This document shows, piece by piece, positions 49,801 to 60,936 of a stretch of DNA of 64,000 nt; within the stretch, counting starts at the first letter, position 1; the number at the start of each line of letters is the position of its first letter. Both the position numbers and the translations under genes were made by a program. Source of the stretch: an uncultured cyanobacterium (GTDB lineage Bacteria; Cyanobacteriota; Cyanobacteriia; Cyanobacteriales; CAWUOF01); assembly GCA_963744145.1 (NCBI GenBank), contig CAVUSO010000001.1:1344001-1408000 (forward strand), in the 5' to 3' direction. Under the pieces are notes generated by a model, which saw only the letters and a program-made list of their open reading frames with translations, did no database searches and had not been told where the DNA came from.

Positions 49801-52800
49801 CCCAAACATGAATCCACGATCCTAGTAATAATCCAGCTTTACACTGTTGAGATTTACTATTTAATTTATGACTTAGTTGGATGGCAAATTCGGCAAATTC
49901 ATATCCCCGTTGATATTCTTGTTTAAATAATCCTAACAGCAATCCATAGTTAGCATAGGCTTTGATTGATTCAGGAATATTACCATTTTCAATAGAAAGA
50001 TGAACAGCTTTTAAGGAAAAGAAAGTATAAAGCTGAATATTGCAATTAACATAAACACCTGGTTCTAGAGCAATTACAAGTTTTACGATCGCTTTAATTT
50101 TAGGATTGGTAATGCTAGGTAAATCAAGTAAAGAATTAATGGAACGATTTTGTAAATGTTTGGCGATCGCCGCAAATTCTTGATTTATTAATTGTTCAAT
50201 CGGCTCTTTTTCCAGGTAAATTCCTAGGGGATTTAAAGCGGATTTTCCCACTTCATTTAATTCTTTAAACCTACCTTGAAGTGTATATTGAAATATTTGG
50301 AGTACATAAATATCTGCCCGATCTATGGGGGAAGTAATATGTTCTAAAGCTAAATTACATATAGTTTCTAGCTCCTCAAATTTACTATCGCTCAATAATG
50401 ATTCTGCTAGATTAAGATAGAGATTAAAACTCAAATCATATTGATCTTTCCAGGCATTTTGTTCGAGTAAATCGATCGCAATATTTGAATAATTAACAGA
50501 TGCTTCGTAAGCTGTAGATGCTTTAGCTTTTTTTGCGGCAATTAGATAGAGGTTGGCTAATTTTTCTTTATCTGCTTTTTCGGTAATTAAAGATTGACCA
50601 AAATTCAGATGATTCACAATATCAAATAATTTTTCATTTCGCTCTGACTCAGACAATTTTTCTAGCAAAAGTTGACCAATATGATAATGAGTTAATTGTT
50701 TCTGCTCTTCGTTCATCAATAAATAAGCTGCTTGTTGAACCCGATCGTGTAAAAAGCGATAAACCACATTTCCATGAATATCTAAATTAGTAGTTTTTTC
50801 ATCATTTCCTACATATAATTTATAAACGTCATTCTGAGGAATTATTAACCCTTCCTGAAGTGGTTTCCACAATAAATCCGCCACTTCTAATTCGGAACAT
50901 TCTGAAACAATTGCTAAGATATGTAGATCGAATTGATTACCAATACAAGCTGCAAGTTTGAGAATATTTTGGCTAGCTGCTGGGTACTTCTGTAGTTGGG
51001 TTGCCATAAACTCTACTACATCATTAGAAATTGTTAATCTCTTAATTTCACTAAAATTACACTGCCAAATTCCTGTGTTTAAATCAAATTTAATTACGCC
51101 ATCCTTATAGAGTCCATTGATAAACTGTGTGGTAAAAAAAGGATTGCCTTTAGTTCTTTTTTTAATTAACCTTGTGATGGGATAAGTTTGCTCAATATCA
51201 CAGCATAAAGCATCAGATACTAATCGGTTTGTATCCTGAAAATTTAGGGGTTTAAGAGTAATTGTATTCACATTTTTATCAGCCTTTTTTAATTCCTCTA
51301 AGGTCAATATGAATGGATGAATTGGCGAAACTTCATTATCTCTATAAGCACCCAACAAAAGCAGATATTGTCGATTTTCCATCAGTAACTTAACTAAATT
51401 TAAAGAAGCAGAATCTGCCCATTGTAAGTCATCTAGAAATATTACCAATGGGTGTTCTTGATTACTAAAAATAGAAAGAAATTTTTGGAATAATAAGTTA
51501 AAGCGATTTTGAGCGGCTGTTCCTGATAGCTCTGGTGCTGGTGGTTGTTTTCCAATGATTCGTTCTAGTTTAGGGATTAAGTCAATCAAAACTTGTCCAT
51601 TTTCTCCTAAAGCGATCAGGATTTTATTTCTTAATTGTTCTAATTCTCGATCCGATTCAGATAATATTTGCTCTACTAAATCTCCTAATGCTTGGACAAA
51701 AGCACTAAAGGGGACATTACGATTAAATTGGTCAAATTTCCCTTTAATAAAATATCCTTTCTGACGGGTAATTGGTTTGTGAACTTCATTGACTACGGAG
51801 GTTTTTCCGATTCCTGAAAACCCAGCTACTAACATCATTTCTGTATTACCATTAGCTACTCTCTCAAATGCAGTTAAAAGTGTTTTGACTTCTTCTTCTC
51901 TTCCGTACAATTTTTCAGGGATTAAAAATCTGTCGGATCTATCCCTTTGAGCGATGGGAAATTTCTGGATTTCTCCTGTTGCTTTTAACTGGTTTAAACA
52001 AACTTCTAAATCGTATTTTAATCCCAAAGCACTCTGATAACGTTCCTCGGCATTTTTAGCTATTAATTTATCTACAATCTCTGCTATTACTACGGGAATT
52101 TTTAAATCGATACTATTTACCTTTGGTGGTTTTTGTGCTAAATGACAATGCAATAATTCTATAGCATCTTCTGCGTAATATGGTAATTTTCCTGTTAATA
52201 ATTGAAAAAATGTTATGCCCAGAGAATAAAAATCACTTCGGTAATCAATTCCTCTATTCATCCTACCAGTTTGTTCTGGAGAAATATAAGCTAATGTTCC
52301 CTCTAATATATTGGGATTCTGGATTTCTTGTGTTTCCCTTGGCAAAAGAGAAGCTATCCCAAAATCAATTAGTTTAATTTGTTTATTTTCTGGATTGATT
52401 AAAATATTGGCAGGTTTGATATCCTTGTGAATAATATAATTTTGATAGAGATAATGAAGTATTTCTGTCAGATTAATAGCAATATTTAGAAATTCCTCTA
52501 AAGGTAAGCATGGGTATAGGTGATTTCCCGATGTAAATGTTTGCAAATAAGTAGATAAGGATACACCACCAAAATCTTCCATTACTAAAGCATAACTGTT
52601 AGAGTAAGGTTCAAGATTATAGGATTTGACAATTAATGGCGAGAGAAGATTTTTAGTGATAGTGTACTGGTTATGGAATTTAATTATATCATAAGAAGTC
52701 GCATCGGTTGTGCATAAGGTTTTAATCGCTACAGGTTGATTGTCACTAACTCGGATACCCCGATAGACTATTGTACGTTTACCTGTGTAGATTTCCTTGG

Positions 52801-52837
52801 TAATTTCATAACCTGGTAAATCAGCAATAAGATTCAT
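46838..52837 (-). CDS. hybrid Ser/Thr kinase - AAA ATPase - GAF - histidine kinase - receiver protein
   Basis: [37 protein letters not shown], HATPase boxes, receiver (IVDD, TDLVMP, KP). Confidence 0.95.
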   Translation of the reverse strand: MNLIADLPGYEITKEIYTGKRTIVYRGIRVSDNQPVAIKTLCTTDATSYDIIKFHNQYTITKNLLSPLIVKSYNLEPYSNSYALVMEDFGGVSLSTYLQTFTSGNHLYPCLPLEEFLNIAINLTEILHYLYQNYIIHKDIKPANILINPENKQIKLIDFGIASLLPRETQEIQNPNILEGTLAYISPEQTGRMNRGIDYRSDFYSLGITFFQLLTGKLPYYAEDAIELLHCHLAQKPPKVNSIDLKIPVVIAEIVDKLIAKNAEERYQSALGLKYDLEVCLNQLKATGEIQKFPIAQRDRSDRFLIPEKLYGREEEVKTLLTAFERVANGNTEMMLVAGFSGIGKTSVVNEVHKPITRQKGYFIKGKFDQFNRNVPFSAFVQALGDLVEQILSESDRELEQLRNKILIALGENGQVLIDLIPKLERIIGKQPPAPELSGTAAQNRFNLLFQKFLSIFSNQEHPLVIFLDDLQWADSASLNLVKLLMENRQYLLLLGAYRDNEVSPIHPFILTLEELKKADKNVNTITLKPLNFQDTNRLVSDALCCDIEQTYPITRLIKKRTKGNPFFTTQFINGLYKDGVIKFDLNTGIWQCNFSEIKRLTISNDVVEFMATQLQKYPAASQNILKLAACIGNQFDLHILAIVSECSELEVADLLWKPLQEGLIIPQNDVYKLYVGNDEKTTNLDIHGNVVYRFLHDRVQQAAYLLMNEEQKQLTHYHIGQLLLEKLSESERNEKLFDIVNHLNFGQSLITEKADKEKLANLYLIAAKKAKASTAYEASVNYSNIAIDLLEQNAWKDQYDLSFNLYLNLAESLLSDSKFEELETICNLALEHITSPIDRADIYVLQIFQYTLQGRFKELNEVGKSALNPLGIYLEKEPIEQLINQEFAAIAKHLQNRSINSLLDLPSITNPKIKAIVKLVIALEPGVYVNCNIQLYTFFSLKAVHLSIENGNIPESIKAYANYGLLLGLFKQEYQRGYEFAEFAIQLSHKLNSKSQQCKAGLLLGSWIHVWAKPIAGAAAINYDSFLVGIEAGEILFAAYNLFGNVFNRLFQGENLLSILEDIKKYQIASRKIQDSVLRTSLAGAEFFVKKLSLDEDIENSIVHIEEIIDQSERSQVGMGLVPYYILRMHISCLTADFAEGLIYTEKAEKMLNALLGFTTYSGYYYYGSLIMVNLYSGLSQENQSEMIEKIRTNQQQLKIWSDHCPENFLHKYFLVEAELNRVLANKALASLLYDRAIAEAKQNGYVQEEAIANELAAKFYLNCDKQNLAINYITNAYCCYEKWGANAKINDLKQHYYKLLEAILPQTQIEQKTIINVSESPLIIPGISTISSSTSDSKILDVASIFKVCQAISSELQHDQLIANLVAILMENAGATKCALILPTGSDWRVEALATSEQGSREDGGATATPSSLKQSLETSSDVPVCLIRYVRKTTETLVFDDITQIERWSSDRYIQIQQPKSILCLPILKQNTMIGILYLENSQTIAAFTKRHQEILKLLTAQVAIAIENATLYRNLEQKVEERTQELNQAKAAAESANQAKSEFLANMSHELRTPLNGILGYAQIMERAKDLNTQRHGVKIIKESGTHLLNLINDILDLSKIEACKLELNPQPINFSSFLLGVTEMSRIQAEAKNILFNFIVDPNLPSAVIVDEKRLRQVLLNLLSNAIKFTDRGSVTFTVERWANDANSNNTATVYFAVSDTGIGINSEHLAKVFLPFEQVGDKSRQIEGTGLGLAISGTIINLMGGEIQVISQLGQGSTFFFDIKIPIATDWQTTGSKQRKIIGYQGAKRQLLIVDDKLVNQQVLLEMLTSVGFECREARNGIEGLQQAQNFPPDLIITDLVMPILDGFEMVRQLRKLPDFQRTIIIASSASVLEQNQVMSLEAGCNDFLHKPINFEELLASLQKYLQLEWIYEGLNASVPTKKDVEQTTLPTPELKKLLKLAKIGDIMAIEEAVRSLMTTDDRYHTFGSHLLELTEDFNDSAIAQLIEQHLGV

Positions 52838-52973
52838 GTTTATTTACTCCTATTTGGGAAATGGCTGGTAGGGTGATTACAAGTATCGACCTAACCCCCC
52901 AACCCCCTTCCCTACAAGGGAATGGGGAGTAATTAAGATTATTAATTTATTTGAGATTTAATCGGAGTCATTT

Positions 52974-53108
52974 CAATACGGTTCGGTTAATTGTAGGGGT
53001 GAAGCATTCGGGCGATAATTTATCAGCTCAAACGAGTAATATTAGATCCGAATGCTTCACCCTTCTGCCGTCGATATCTCCCAAAATATCCTTAAACGAA
53101 CCGTATGG
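52974..53108 (+). mobile_element. MITE (same family as 34803-34937) with a 10-bp target-site duplication
   Basis: TIRs CAATACGGTTCGGTTAA / TTAAACGAACCGTATGG; GGAGTCATTT at 52964-52973 and 53109-53118. Confidence 0.9.
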
Positions 53109-53159
53109 GGAGTCATTTTGCTCCCCTTTCCTCTTAGGAGAGGGGTTGGGGGAGAGGTC

Positions 53160-53281
53160 TTCTGCTAGAACGAAACAGCCATGGGGTGCCAAAGGGATGA
53201 TAGCGATCGCCCCTGGTCATCAAACACCTTAGTGCTTCCTCAATTGCCATCATATCCCAATCTTAGCTAACTTGAGAAGTG
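53160..53281 (-). pseudogene. orphan 3' fragment of a hybrid kinase paralog
   Basis: Aligns by eye with 46892-47009 (TGATAGCGATCG..GTCATCAAA.ACCTTA.TGCTTCCTCAATTGCCAT...AACTTGAGAAGT). Confidence 0.7.
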
Positions 53282-53354
53282 TCCAAGTCAAATATGGGTT
53301 CAGCTTGATTTAGATGGTTATCTGATCCTGAAATGGCTCGAAAAGAAAGATTAA

Positions 53355-55796
53355 CTACTGAATTAAATCGATAATTTTGTCAAACTGAAAAGCATTAATC
53401 CAATCAGTTAAGACTGTAGCTAAATGATTGTTTGAGTCAGGAATTTGCTCAATTAACTTTAAGACCCAATCCGTATCTAATTGAGTCGCTGCCTGTTCTA
53501 ATTCAACTATCCAATCCGCAGACATCTCCCTTAAAGCATCGGTATTTAACTGTCCTGGTTGGTCAGATTCTTGGGGTAAGTAAACGGGGATTTCTGCCGC
53601 GTAGATATAACGCCCTATAGAGCTATGATCCAGATGAATCTGAACCGTAAATCTAAAAACTGTTCCTACTCCTACTTGACTCTTAACGGTAATATTCCCT
53701 CCCATTAATTGGACAAATTTTTGGCTAATTGCTAAACCTAAACCTGCACCTTTTTGAAAATTTAGTTCTGTTTCTGTTTGGAAAAAAGGTGTAAACAAAT
53801 TATTAATTTCATGGGGAGCGATCCCTGGACCTGTATCTTCAATTTCAAACAATAAATCTATTTGATTAACTTGTTGATAGCTCAATTCTGGTAAATGACT
53901 ACTATTGATAACTCGCAATATTACCCTACCTGCTTTGGTAAATTTGATGGCATTATCAAGAATATTTAGTAAGACTTGGCGCAACTTTTCTCGATCAGCG
54001 ATCGCATATTGCGGCAGATAATTTCCTTTTTGAAAAATTAGGTCTAGCTGTTTTAAAGATGCTCTAGGTCGTAATTCTTGTCCCAGTTCATCTAGGAAAT
54101 TATCCAAATCAAAATTATTTGATTCTAAGGTTAGCTGTCTTGATTCAATTTTAGATATTGTCAAAATATTATTGATGAGTTCTAGTAAATAGGTAGCATT
54201 ATGATAGATAATTTCTATGTTTTCTTGCTGGGTTGACCCGAGGACAGGATCGCGTTTCATAATTTGGCTAAAGCCCAGAATAGCATTAAGAGGAGTTCTC
54301 AATTCGTGGCTCATTTTACTGAGAAACTTGCTTTTGGCTTCGTTAGCTACTTCCGCAGCAATTTTGGCTTGATTGAGTGCATTAGTCCGTTCTTCTACTT
54401 TAATTTCTAGCAGTTCCGCTTGTTCTCGTAATTTGGTTTCTGATTCTTTGAGGGCAAATGTTCGGATTTCAACTCGTTCTTCAAGTTCAACATTAGTTGC
54501 TTCTAAGGTATTAAATAACACATTCAACTGAGCAGCCATGTCATTAAAAGATTGCGCTAAAATATCTAGTTCATCGATTATTTTTATTTCTACTTTTTGG
54601 TCTAATTTTCCCTGGGCTATTTCTTTACTTGCTTGACTCAGAAGGTGAATTGGCTGACTGATCCAACGAGAGGTAAAAATTACTAACCCAATCCCTAATC
54701 CTAAAGCAATCAAACATAATAGAATGGTAGTATGGGTGTTAGCGTTGATTTGTTCCATAAAGTCAGATTCGGGAACCGCTACAATAATTAGCCAATCAAT
54801 TCCTCGCTGATCTTGAAATGGCATTACCTGGATTAATTGTCGATCGCCAGCCAGCATAAATTCAATTTGCTGGATGTTCTTAATATTACTGAAGTTGCCA
54901 AATTTTTGATTTAAACTTTGTGCAGTTGAACTAATTAATGGATCGCGACTATCTAATGCCCGAATTCTTTGGAATTCTTTAGCATTGTTTTTATTGGGGG
55001 TAAATAACTCTTGTTGAGTCGAACTTGCTACTAGCATTCCCGATCGCTCCATAATAAAAATCTGCCCTGAACGACCAATTTTAATATGATTCAGGAATTT
55101 GCTAATATCTTCTAGTAAAAAATAAACTCCGCAAACTCCTAATAGATTTCCGCTTTTATTATAGACTGGAAAACTAGAACCAATCATGGGTTTATGTGAG
55201 TCAAATTCTAGAAAAATTTCGCTCCATGTCGGTTGCTTTTTTTGCACCGCTATCTGATACCAAGGTCGCCGACGAGCGTCATATTTTTGGGAATTTTTTT
55301 TCCCAACCCCAGTTTGATTTCCTTGCGGATCAATGTCATAATAATAGTTGAAGTAATTAGTAGATTTATTGTTGATAACAAGCTGGAGTAAATTATCTTT
55401 CATACTGCGTTTAAAACCCAAAAACTCTCCTCCTTGCTGTGAACCAAGAAAAATCCAACTGGCAAAATTAAATATTTTCATCTGTTGCCACAGTAATTTT
55501 TGAGTCTGTGGTGTTGGTTTATTCAAATTGAAGCTCAATTCCTCCCGTTCTAAAGCATCGACATTAATCTGATTAATTACCAAAGGTTTTTCTAGGTAAT
55601 TACTGAGATATTGGTTGACGCGATCGCTAATTTCACTTCGCAATTGAGTTGCTACATCATTAACTGCTTTTTGTCCGTTGCGTAAAGATAGCCATCCTGT
55701 GATTCCTACAACTGCCAATATTTGCAAGACAAAAGGGATAATAAGAACTAATTGCAACGGTATTTTTTCAAACTTTTGAGTAATTTTTGCGATCAT
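53355..55796 (-). CDS. Cache-HAMP sensor histidine kinase
   Basis: TM, YDARRRPWY (Cache), TM-HAMP, SHELRTP, HATPase. Confidence 0.92.
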   Translation of the reverse strand: MIAKITQKFEKIPLQLVLIIPFVLQILAVVGITGWLSLRNGQKAVNDVATQLRSEISDRVNQYLSNYLEKPLVINQINVDALEREELSFNLNKPTPQTQKLLWQQMKIFNFASWIFLGSQQGGEFLGFKRSMKDNLLQLVINNKSTNYFNYYYDIDPQGNQTGVGKKNSQKYDARRRPWYQIAVQKKQPTWSEIFLEFDSHKPMIGSSFPVYNKSGNLLGVCGVYFLLEDISKFLNHIKIGRSGQIFIMERSGMLVASSTQQELFTPNKNNAKEFQRIRALDSRDPLISSTAQSLNQKFGNFSNIKNIQQIEFMLAGDRQLIQVMPFQDQRGIDWLIIVAVPESDFMEQINANTHTTILLCLIALGLGIGLVIFTSRWISQPIHLLSQASKEIAQGKLDQKVEIKIIDELDILAQSFNDMAAQLNVLFNTLEATNVELEERVEIRTFALKESETKLREQAELLEIKVEERTNALNQAKIAAEVANEAKSKFLSKMSHELRTPLNAILGFSQIMKRDPVLGSTQQENIEIIYHNATYLLELINNILTISKIESRQLTLESNNFDLDNFLDELGQELRPRASLKQLDLIFQKGNYLPQYAIADREKLRQVLLNILDNAIKFTKAGRVILRVINSSHLPELSYQQVNQIDLLFEIEDTGPGIAPHEINNLFTPFFQTETELNFQKGAGLGLAISQKFVQLMGGNITVKSQVGVGTVFRFTVQIHLDHSSIGRYIYAAEIPVYLPQESDQPGQLNTDALREMSADWIVELEQAATQLDTDWVLKLIEQIPDSNNHLATVLTDWINAFQFDKIIDLIQ

Positions 55797-55798
55797 TA

Positions 55799-57160
55799 TT
55801 AACTTCTGAAAAATTTAATTGGTAGAACAATTTTTAGAACGGTTCCTAATCTATGTATACTTTCACAGGATATTTGTCCTCCATGAGTCTCGACAATAAT
55901 TTGGTAGCAAATTGTTAGACCTAATCCTTTACCAGCACCGACCTCTTTAGTAGTAAAAAAAGGATCGAAGGCACGTTTTCTGACTTCTTCGGTCATCCCA
56001 ATCCCATTATCAGAAATCGAGATAGCTACTTGCTGGGAATCAACAAGCTCCGTGTGAATAGTAATAGTGGGAACTGATCTTTGAGCAGCAGCAATCACTG
56101 ATTTTTGATGAGAAGATGAATCAATTTGCATTTTTGACTCTAAAGCGTCAATAGCATTATATAAAATATTTAAGAAAACTTGATTAACTTGACTAGCCCA
56201 ACATTGAACTAAAGGAAGTGAGCCATATTCCTTCACCACTTGAATGGGCGATCGCAATTGATTTCCATTCAGTCGATACTGTAAAATCATTAAAGTGCTA
56301 TCAATTCCAGCATGGAGATCGACCGGTTTACATTCTGATTCTCCCAGTCGCGAAAAAGTCCGTAAACTTAACACAATATCGCGAATCCGATTGGCTCCAG
56401 TATTCATAGAAGCTAACATTTTGGGCAAATCCAACTTAAAAAATTCAAAATCAATTTCTTCTTGGATTTTTTTGATATCTTGTGGAGGGTAAGGCAAAGC
56501 TTGTTGATAAAGTTCTAGCAAGAGAAGAAAGTTAGAAGCGTAATGTGTTAGCTGTTTCAGGTTTCCAGATAAAAAAGTAATTGGATTATTAATTTCATGG
56601 GCAATTCCAGCGACAACTTGACCTAAAGCAGACATTTTCTCGCTTTGAACGAGTTGAGCTTGGGTTTCCTGTAAATTTCGCAGAGCTAACTGTAAATCTG
56701 CCGATTTTTGCCGTTGGATTTCTTCAGATTGCTGCAACAAAGCATTTTGTTTTTTAAGTTGCTGTTGGAGCCGTCCAATGCTCAGATGATTTTCAATGCG
56801 AACTAAAACTTCTTCCAGTTGAATTGGTTTAGTTATATAGTCTACTCCCCCAAATTCAAAAGCCCTTACTTTGTCAGTCATTTCATCTAAAGCACTCAAA
56901 AAGATGATGGGAATATCACAATATTTCTCCGAATATTTTAGTTTTTTGCAAACTTCATAACCATTCATTTGGGGCATATTAATGTCGAGCAAAATTAAAT
57001 CGGGGGGAGCTGCTTCTATACCTTTCAAAGCCAAGATACCATTAATTGCACAGCGCACCTTATATCCCTGTTCTGTCAGCATAGAAGATAACACTCGCAG
57101 ATTATCTTGAGTGTCATCAACGATGAGAAGATTTCCTTTAGTTTCTAGTTCTGTATTCAT
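55799..57160 (-). CDS. receiver-histidine kinase hybrid
   Basis: IVDD, LLDINMP, KP receiver motifs; AHEINNP; PFFTTK. Confidence 0.93.
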   Translation of the reverse strand: MNTELETKGNLLIVDDTQDNLRVLSSMLTEQGYKVRCAINGILALKGIEAAPPDLILLDINMPQMNGYEVCKKLKYSEKYCDIPIIFLSALDEMTDKVRAFEFGGVDYITKPIQLEEVLVRIENHLSIGRLQQQLKKQNALLQQSEEIQRQKSADLQLALRNLQETQAQLVQSEKMSALGQVVAGIAHEINNPITFLSGNLKQLTHYASNFLLLLELYQQALPYPPQDIKKIQEEIDFEFFKLDLPKMLASMNTGANRIRDIVLSLRTFSRLGESECKPVDLHAGIDSTLMILQYRLNGNQLRSPIQVVKEYGSLPLVQCWASQVNQVFLNILYNAIDALESKMQIDSSSHQKSVIAAAQRSVPTITIHTELVDSQQVAISISDNGIGMTEEVRKRAFDPFFTTKEVGAGKGLGLTICYQIIVETHGGQISCESIHRLGTVLKIVLPIKFFRS

Positions 57161-57196
57161 TAGACTTTCCCTGCCTCCATTTTTTAGTGCCTACAA

Positions 57197-59767
57197 TTAT
57201 GATATCCTAAATGCTTCAATTAACTCAGTGATTTTATCAAAGCGATAATTATTAGCCCAATCCGTGAGATTATTAATCAGTCGAGCTTCCCGAGGAGGAA
57301 TTTTGTCAATTAGTTGCAAAATTAACTCCTGATCTAATTGAGTTGCTGCCTGCTCTAAATTAGCTACCCATTCGCTAGGCATTTTTACTAAATTTTTAGT
57401 ACCACTCTCTGAGGGAGATGTTAGGAGCAAATTTGACTCTTCTTCTTTTCCTGGTAAATCCCCAGTCGATGGCGCGATCGCTGCTGAGGAAGAAAGGTTT
57501 ATACTTGGTTCTTCTTCATAGTTCCAGGTCAGTTGTAAATGTTTAGCGATCGCATTAAATAAGTCTTGAGAGTTAACTGGTTTCATCAAAAAATCGTCTC
57601 CTCCAGCTTCAATACTAATCTTTTGGTCTATTGGTGCTACCGAAGCAGAGGAAACCAAGATTTTTAATTTTTGTAAATTCTGATCCTGGCGTAACTTTGT
57701 GATCATTTCTAAGCCATCCATGACGGGCATTACTAGATCTGTAATCACTAGATCGGGTAACTGTTCGCGGATTTTGTCTAAACCTTCCTGTCCATTTTCA
57801 GCTTCAATCATAACAAAACCTAGGGGCTTTAATAGATTCACAATTACAAAGCGATTTTCCCAGCGATCGTCAACGATTAAAATCCGGCGTTGCTCTCCCT
57901 GATAACTAATAATATTACCAGCCCCGCTGATTTGTTGCTGTACCCATTCATCATTTAAGATTAATTCTACTTCAAAGAAGAATTTACTTCCTATTTCCAG
58001 TTGACTTTCAACTTGAATTTGTCCTCCCATTAACTGCACGATTTGCTGACTAATTGCTAGTCCTAAACCCGTCCCTTCAGCTTGACGACTACGTTCTCCC
58101 ACTTGCTCAAAAGCTCGGAATAATTTTTTGAGATCTTCTGGAGCAATACCTACTCCCGTATCCGTGACAGAAAACCGCAGACTAACAGTACCTTGAATCG
58201 GATCTAAGTCTAGGGTTTCAACTTTCAATGTAACGCTACCTTTGTCAGTAAATTTGATGGCATTACTTAAGAGATTAATCAATATCTGTCGCAGACACTT
58301 TTCATCAGCAATTACGCCACCAGGTAGATGAGGATCAGGTTCATAGCGGAATGCGATGTTTTTCTGTTGAGCGCGAATTTGAGAAATTTCTACTACACCT
58401 TGCAGTAGGGAAGGTAAATGGATAGCATCGGGATTAAGTTCCAGTTTGCGGGCTTCGATTTTGGAGATGTCGAGAATATCGTTAATCAAAGTCAGTAGGT
58501 GAGTGCCACAGCGATGAATAATATTGACTCCCTGACTCGCTTTTTCTGGAAGTCCTTTCATCCGTCCCAGAATTTGAGCATAACCCAGAATCCCATTTAA
58601 GGGCGTTCGCAGTTCATGACTCATATTAGCAAGAAATTCACTTTTAGCTTGGTTAGCTGATTCAGCCTCAGCCTTAGCTCGTTGTAATTCTTGGGTGCGT
58701 TCTTCTACTTTTTGTTCTAAGTTACGGTAAAGGGTGGCATTTTCGATCGCGCTGGCTACTTGAGCGATCAGAAGTTTGAGGATTTCTTGGTGGTGTTCCG
58801 TGAAAGCAGCTACCGTTTGGTTATTGTCTAGATAGAGAATCCCGATCGTCGTATTTTGTTTGAGGATGGGTAAACATAAGATACTTTTTGGTTGTTGGCT
58901 CTGAACGTAGCGATCGGTACGCCAGCGTTTGATTTGGCTAATATCATCAAAAACTAAGGTTTCTGAGGTATTGCGAACGTAACGAATCAGGGAAATCGGT
59001 AGAGTAGAAATAGTTTCTAAGGATTGTTTGGTGAAAGACTGACTTTCTGGTTCTAATGTAGCTAGAGCTTCTACTTGCCACTCAGACCCAGTAGGCAAAA
59101 TCAACGCACATTTAGTTGCGCCAGCATTTTCCATTAAAATAGTCGCTAGTTTAGTCATCAATTGGTCGTGTTGGAGTTCGCTAGAGATCGCATAACAGGT
59201 TTTGAGAATACTAGTAATATCCAGAACTTTTGAGCTAGTGCTACTGCTGTGACTATTAGAGATATTCCCTGTCAGGGTATTTTCCAAAGCCGGAAATTCT
59301 AATAATTGGGAATAGCGCTGTTTGAGATCCTCAATTTTGGCTAATGCCCCCCAGCGAACATAACAGTAGTATGCTTCCTGTACATAGACCGCGGCAATTT
59401 TTGGTTTACCCCAATCTAGGTAGAACTTAGCAACTAATTCGTTAGCTAGGGCTTGTTCTTGGATATATCCATTTGCCTAAGCTCCGCGATCGCCCGCTCA
59501 TAGCGATCGATCGCTTCCGTGTTGTTACCTAAAACCCTACACTTTTCTGCTTCTACCAATTCAAACTTATGAGCATAGTTCATTGGTGCATAGTGCATCC
59601 AGATTCTAAATTTATCTTGATTAGCTACCACCTTTTCTAGAAAAGTAGTTTGCTCATCGGGAGTAATTTCTTTGCATTGAGTCAACCTAGTCAAAGAATC
59701 ATAAAAATAGAAAAGTGGAAATACACACATCCCCCTGGTATTATGCACATTCTGTTCGGCTAGGATA
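57197..59767 (-). pseudogene. 3' part (helical region-GAF-HK-receiver) of an IS-interrupted Ser/Thr kinase-AAA hybrid kinase
   Basis: Continues the 60937-64000 frame once the IS and one TA are removed (EYS-ILAEQN); a further frameshift/stop lies near 59478-59490; ORF 57197-59287 holds GAF-HK-REC. Confidence 0.85.
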
Positions 59768-60936
59768 AGTAGGTAGGCACAAAAAAAACAAACTATGTAA
59801 CAATAAATGAAGAAGAAAAAATCTACCAGGGTCACCAAAAGATGGGCGCTCGTTTAAGGGTATTTCTGAGTCATGAAGAAGACATCACCCTGTTCAACCT
59901 GAGAACAGCAGATGTCCCACAGAAAGTCAAAGACCGAGCCGAAGTGATCAGGTTAAGCGCACAGGGTTGGTACGTGGAAAAAATCGCCACTTATTTCCAT
60001 TGGACGGCACAGACCGTGAGAGAAGTGTTGCACAAATGGCAACAGCTTGGTCTAGAAGGGTTGTGGGAAAAAGCCGGCAGAGGCAGAAAGGCCAAATGGC
60101 AAGAAGAGGATCTAGTATTTTTAGAACAATGCCTCAGACAAGAACCACGCACTTATAATAGTGGGCAATTAGCGAGAAAATTAGCCCAAGAGCGCTCGAT
60201 TCAACTGAGTCCCGACCGACTAAGACGGGTGCTCAAAAAAAGGGGGTCAATTGGAAGCGGGCTAGGAAGAGTCACCAAGGAAAACAAGACCCAAGCAGTA
60301 GAGCCCAAAAACAAGCCGACTTAGATCTGCTGGAATTATCTGCGGCAACGGGAGAAATCGACCTCAAATATCTCGATGAATCAGGATTTTGTTTATGGGC
60401 TGAGCCCAGCTATACTTATTACTTTCGTGGTGAGCAAAAACGCTTAGAACAAACCAAGCGTCGGGGTCGAAGACTAAGTATCATCGGATTGTTTCAACCG
60501 TTAATTAGTTTTGATTACGGTTTGGTAATTGGAGGTGTAAGCCGCGAGTCTTACATCCACATGATGGAAATTGAAGCCCAAGCAGCCCAAGCCACGGGAC
60601 GGATGAGAGTAATCGTCCAAGATAATGGACCAATACATCGCTGTCTAGAGGTCCAACAACTCTGGCCCAAATGGGAGAGCATGGGTTTGTACATCTTCTT
60701 TTTACCCAAATATTGCTCGGAAATGAATCCGATTGAATTGGAATGGCAACATCTGAAAAAAGATGAACTATCCGGCCAATCCTTTGATGATGAATTAGAC
60801 CTGGCTTATGCCGTAATTGATGCTGTTCAAGCGCGAGGAGACCGAGGAAATTATCAGACCAAACGAGTTAAATTTAACTCTCCGCCCACTGGTTAACTTT
60901 TCGTTACATACTTATAAATTTTTCCACCCACTTACT
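59768..60936 (+). mobile_element. IS630-family insertion sequence
   Basis: Imperfect 34-bp TIRs AGTAGGTAGGCAC...TATGTAAC / GTTACATA...CCCACTTACT; TA duplicated at 59766-59767 and 60937-60938. Confidence 0.93.
59842..60896 (+). CDS. IS630 transposase, expected to be expressed via a -1 frameshift (HTH orfA + DDE orfB)
   Basis: orfA carries HTH/winged-HTH; the -1 frame from A7G5 at 60235-60246 gives YLDESG...VQDNGPIH...SEMNPIELEW (DDE). Confidence 0.9.

Noticed and set aside
52951..53232. 93-aa ORF (likewise 27141-27362, 30638-30838, 39746-39983, 15452-15724)
   Set aside because: Made largely of MITE or dispersed-repeat sequence, or overlapping real genes; no protein-like features.
59446..59838. 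Independent 130-aa gene
   Set aside because: Chimera of IS630 left-end sequence and an internal fragment of the interrupted kinase.
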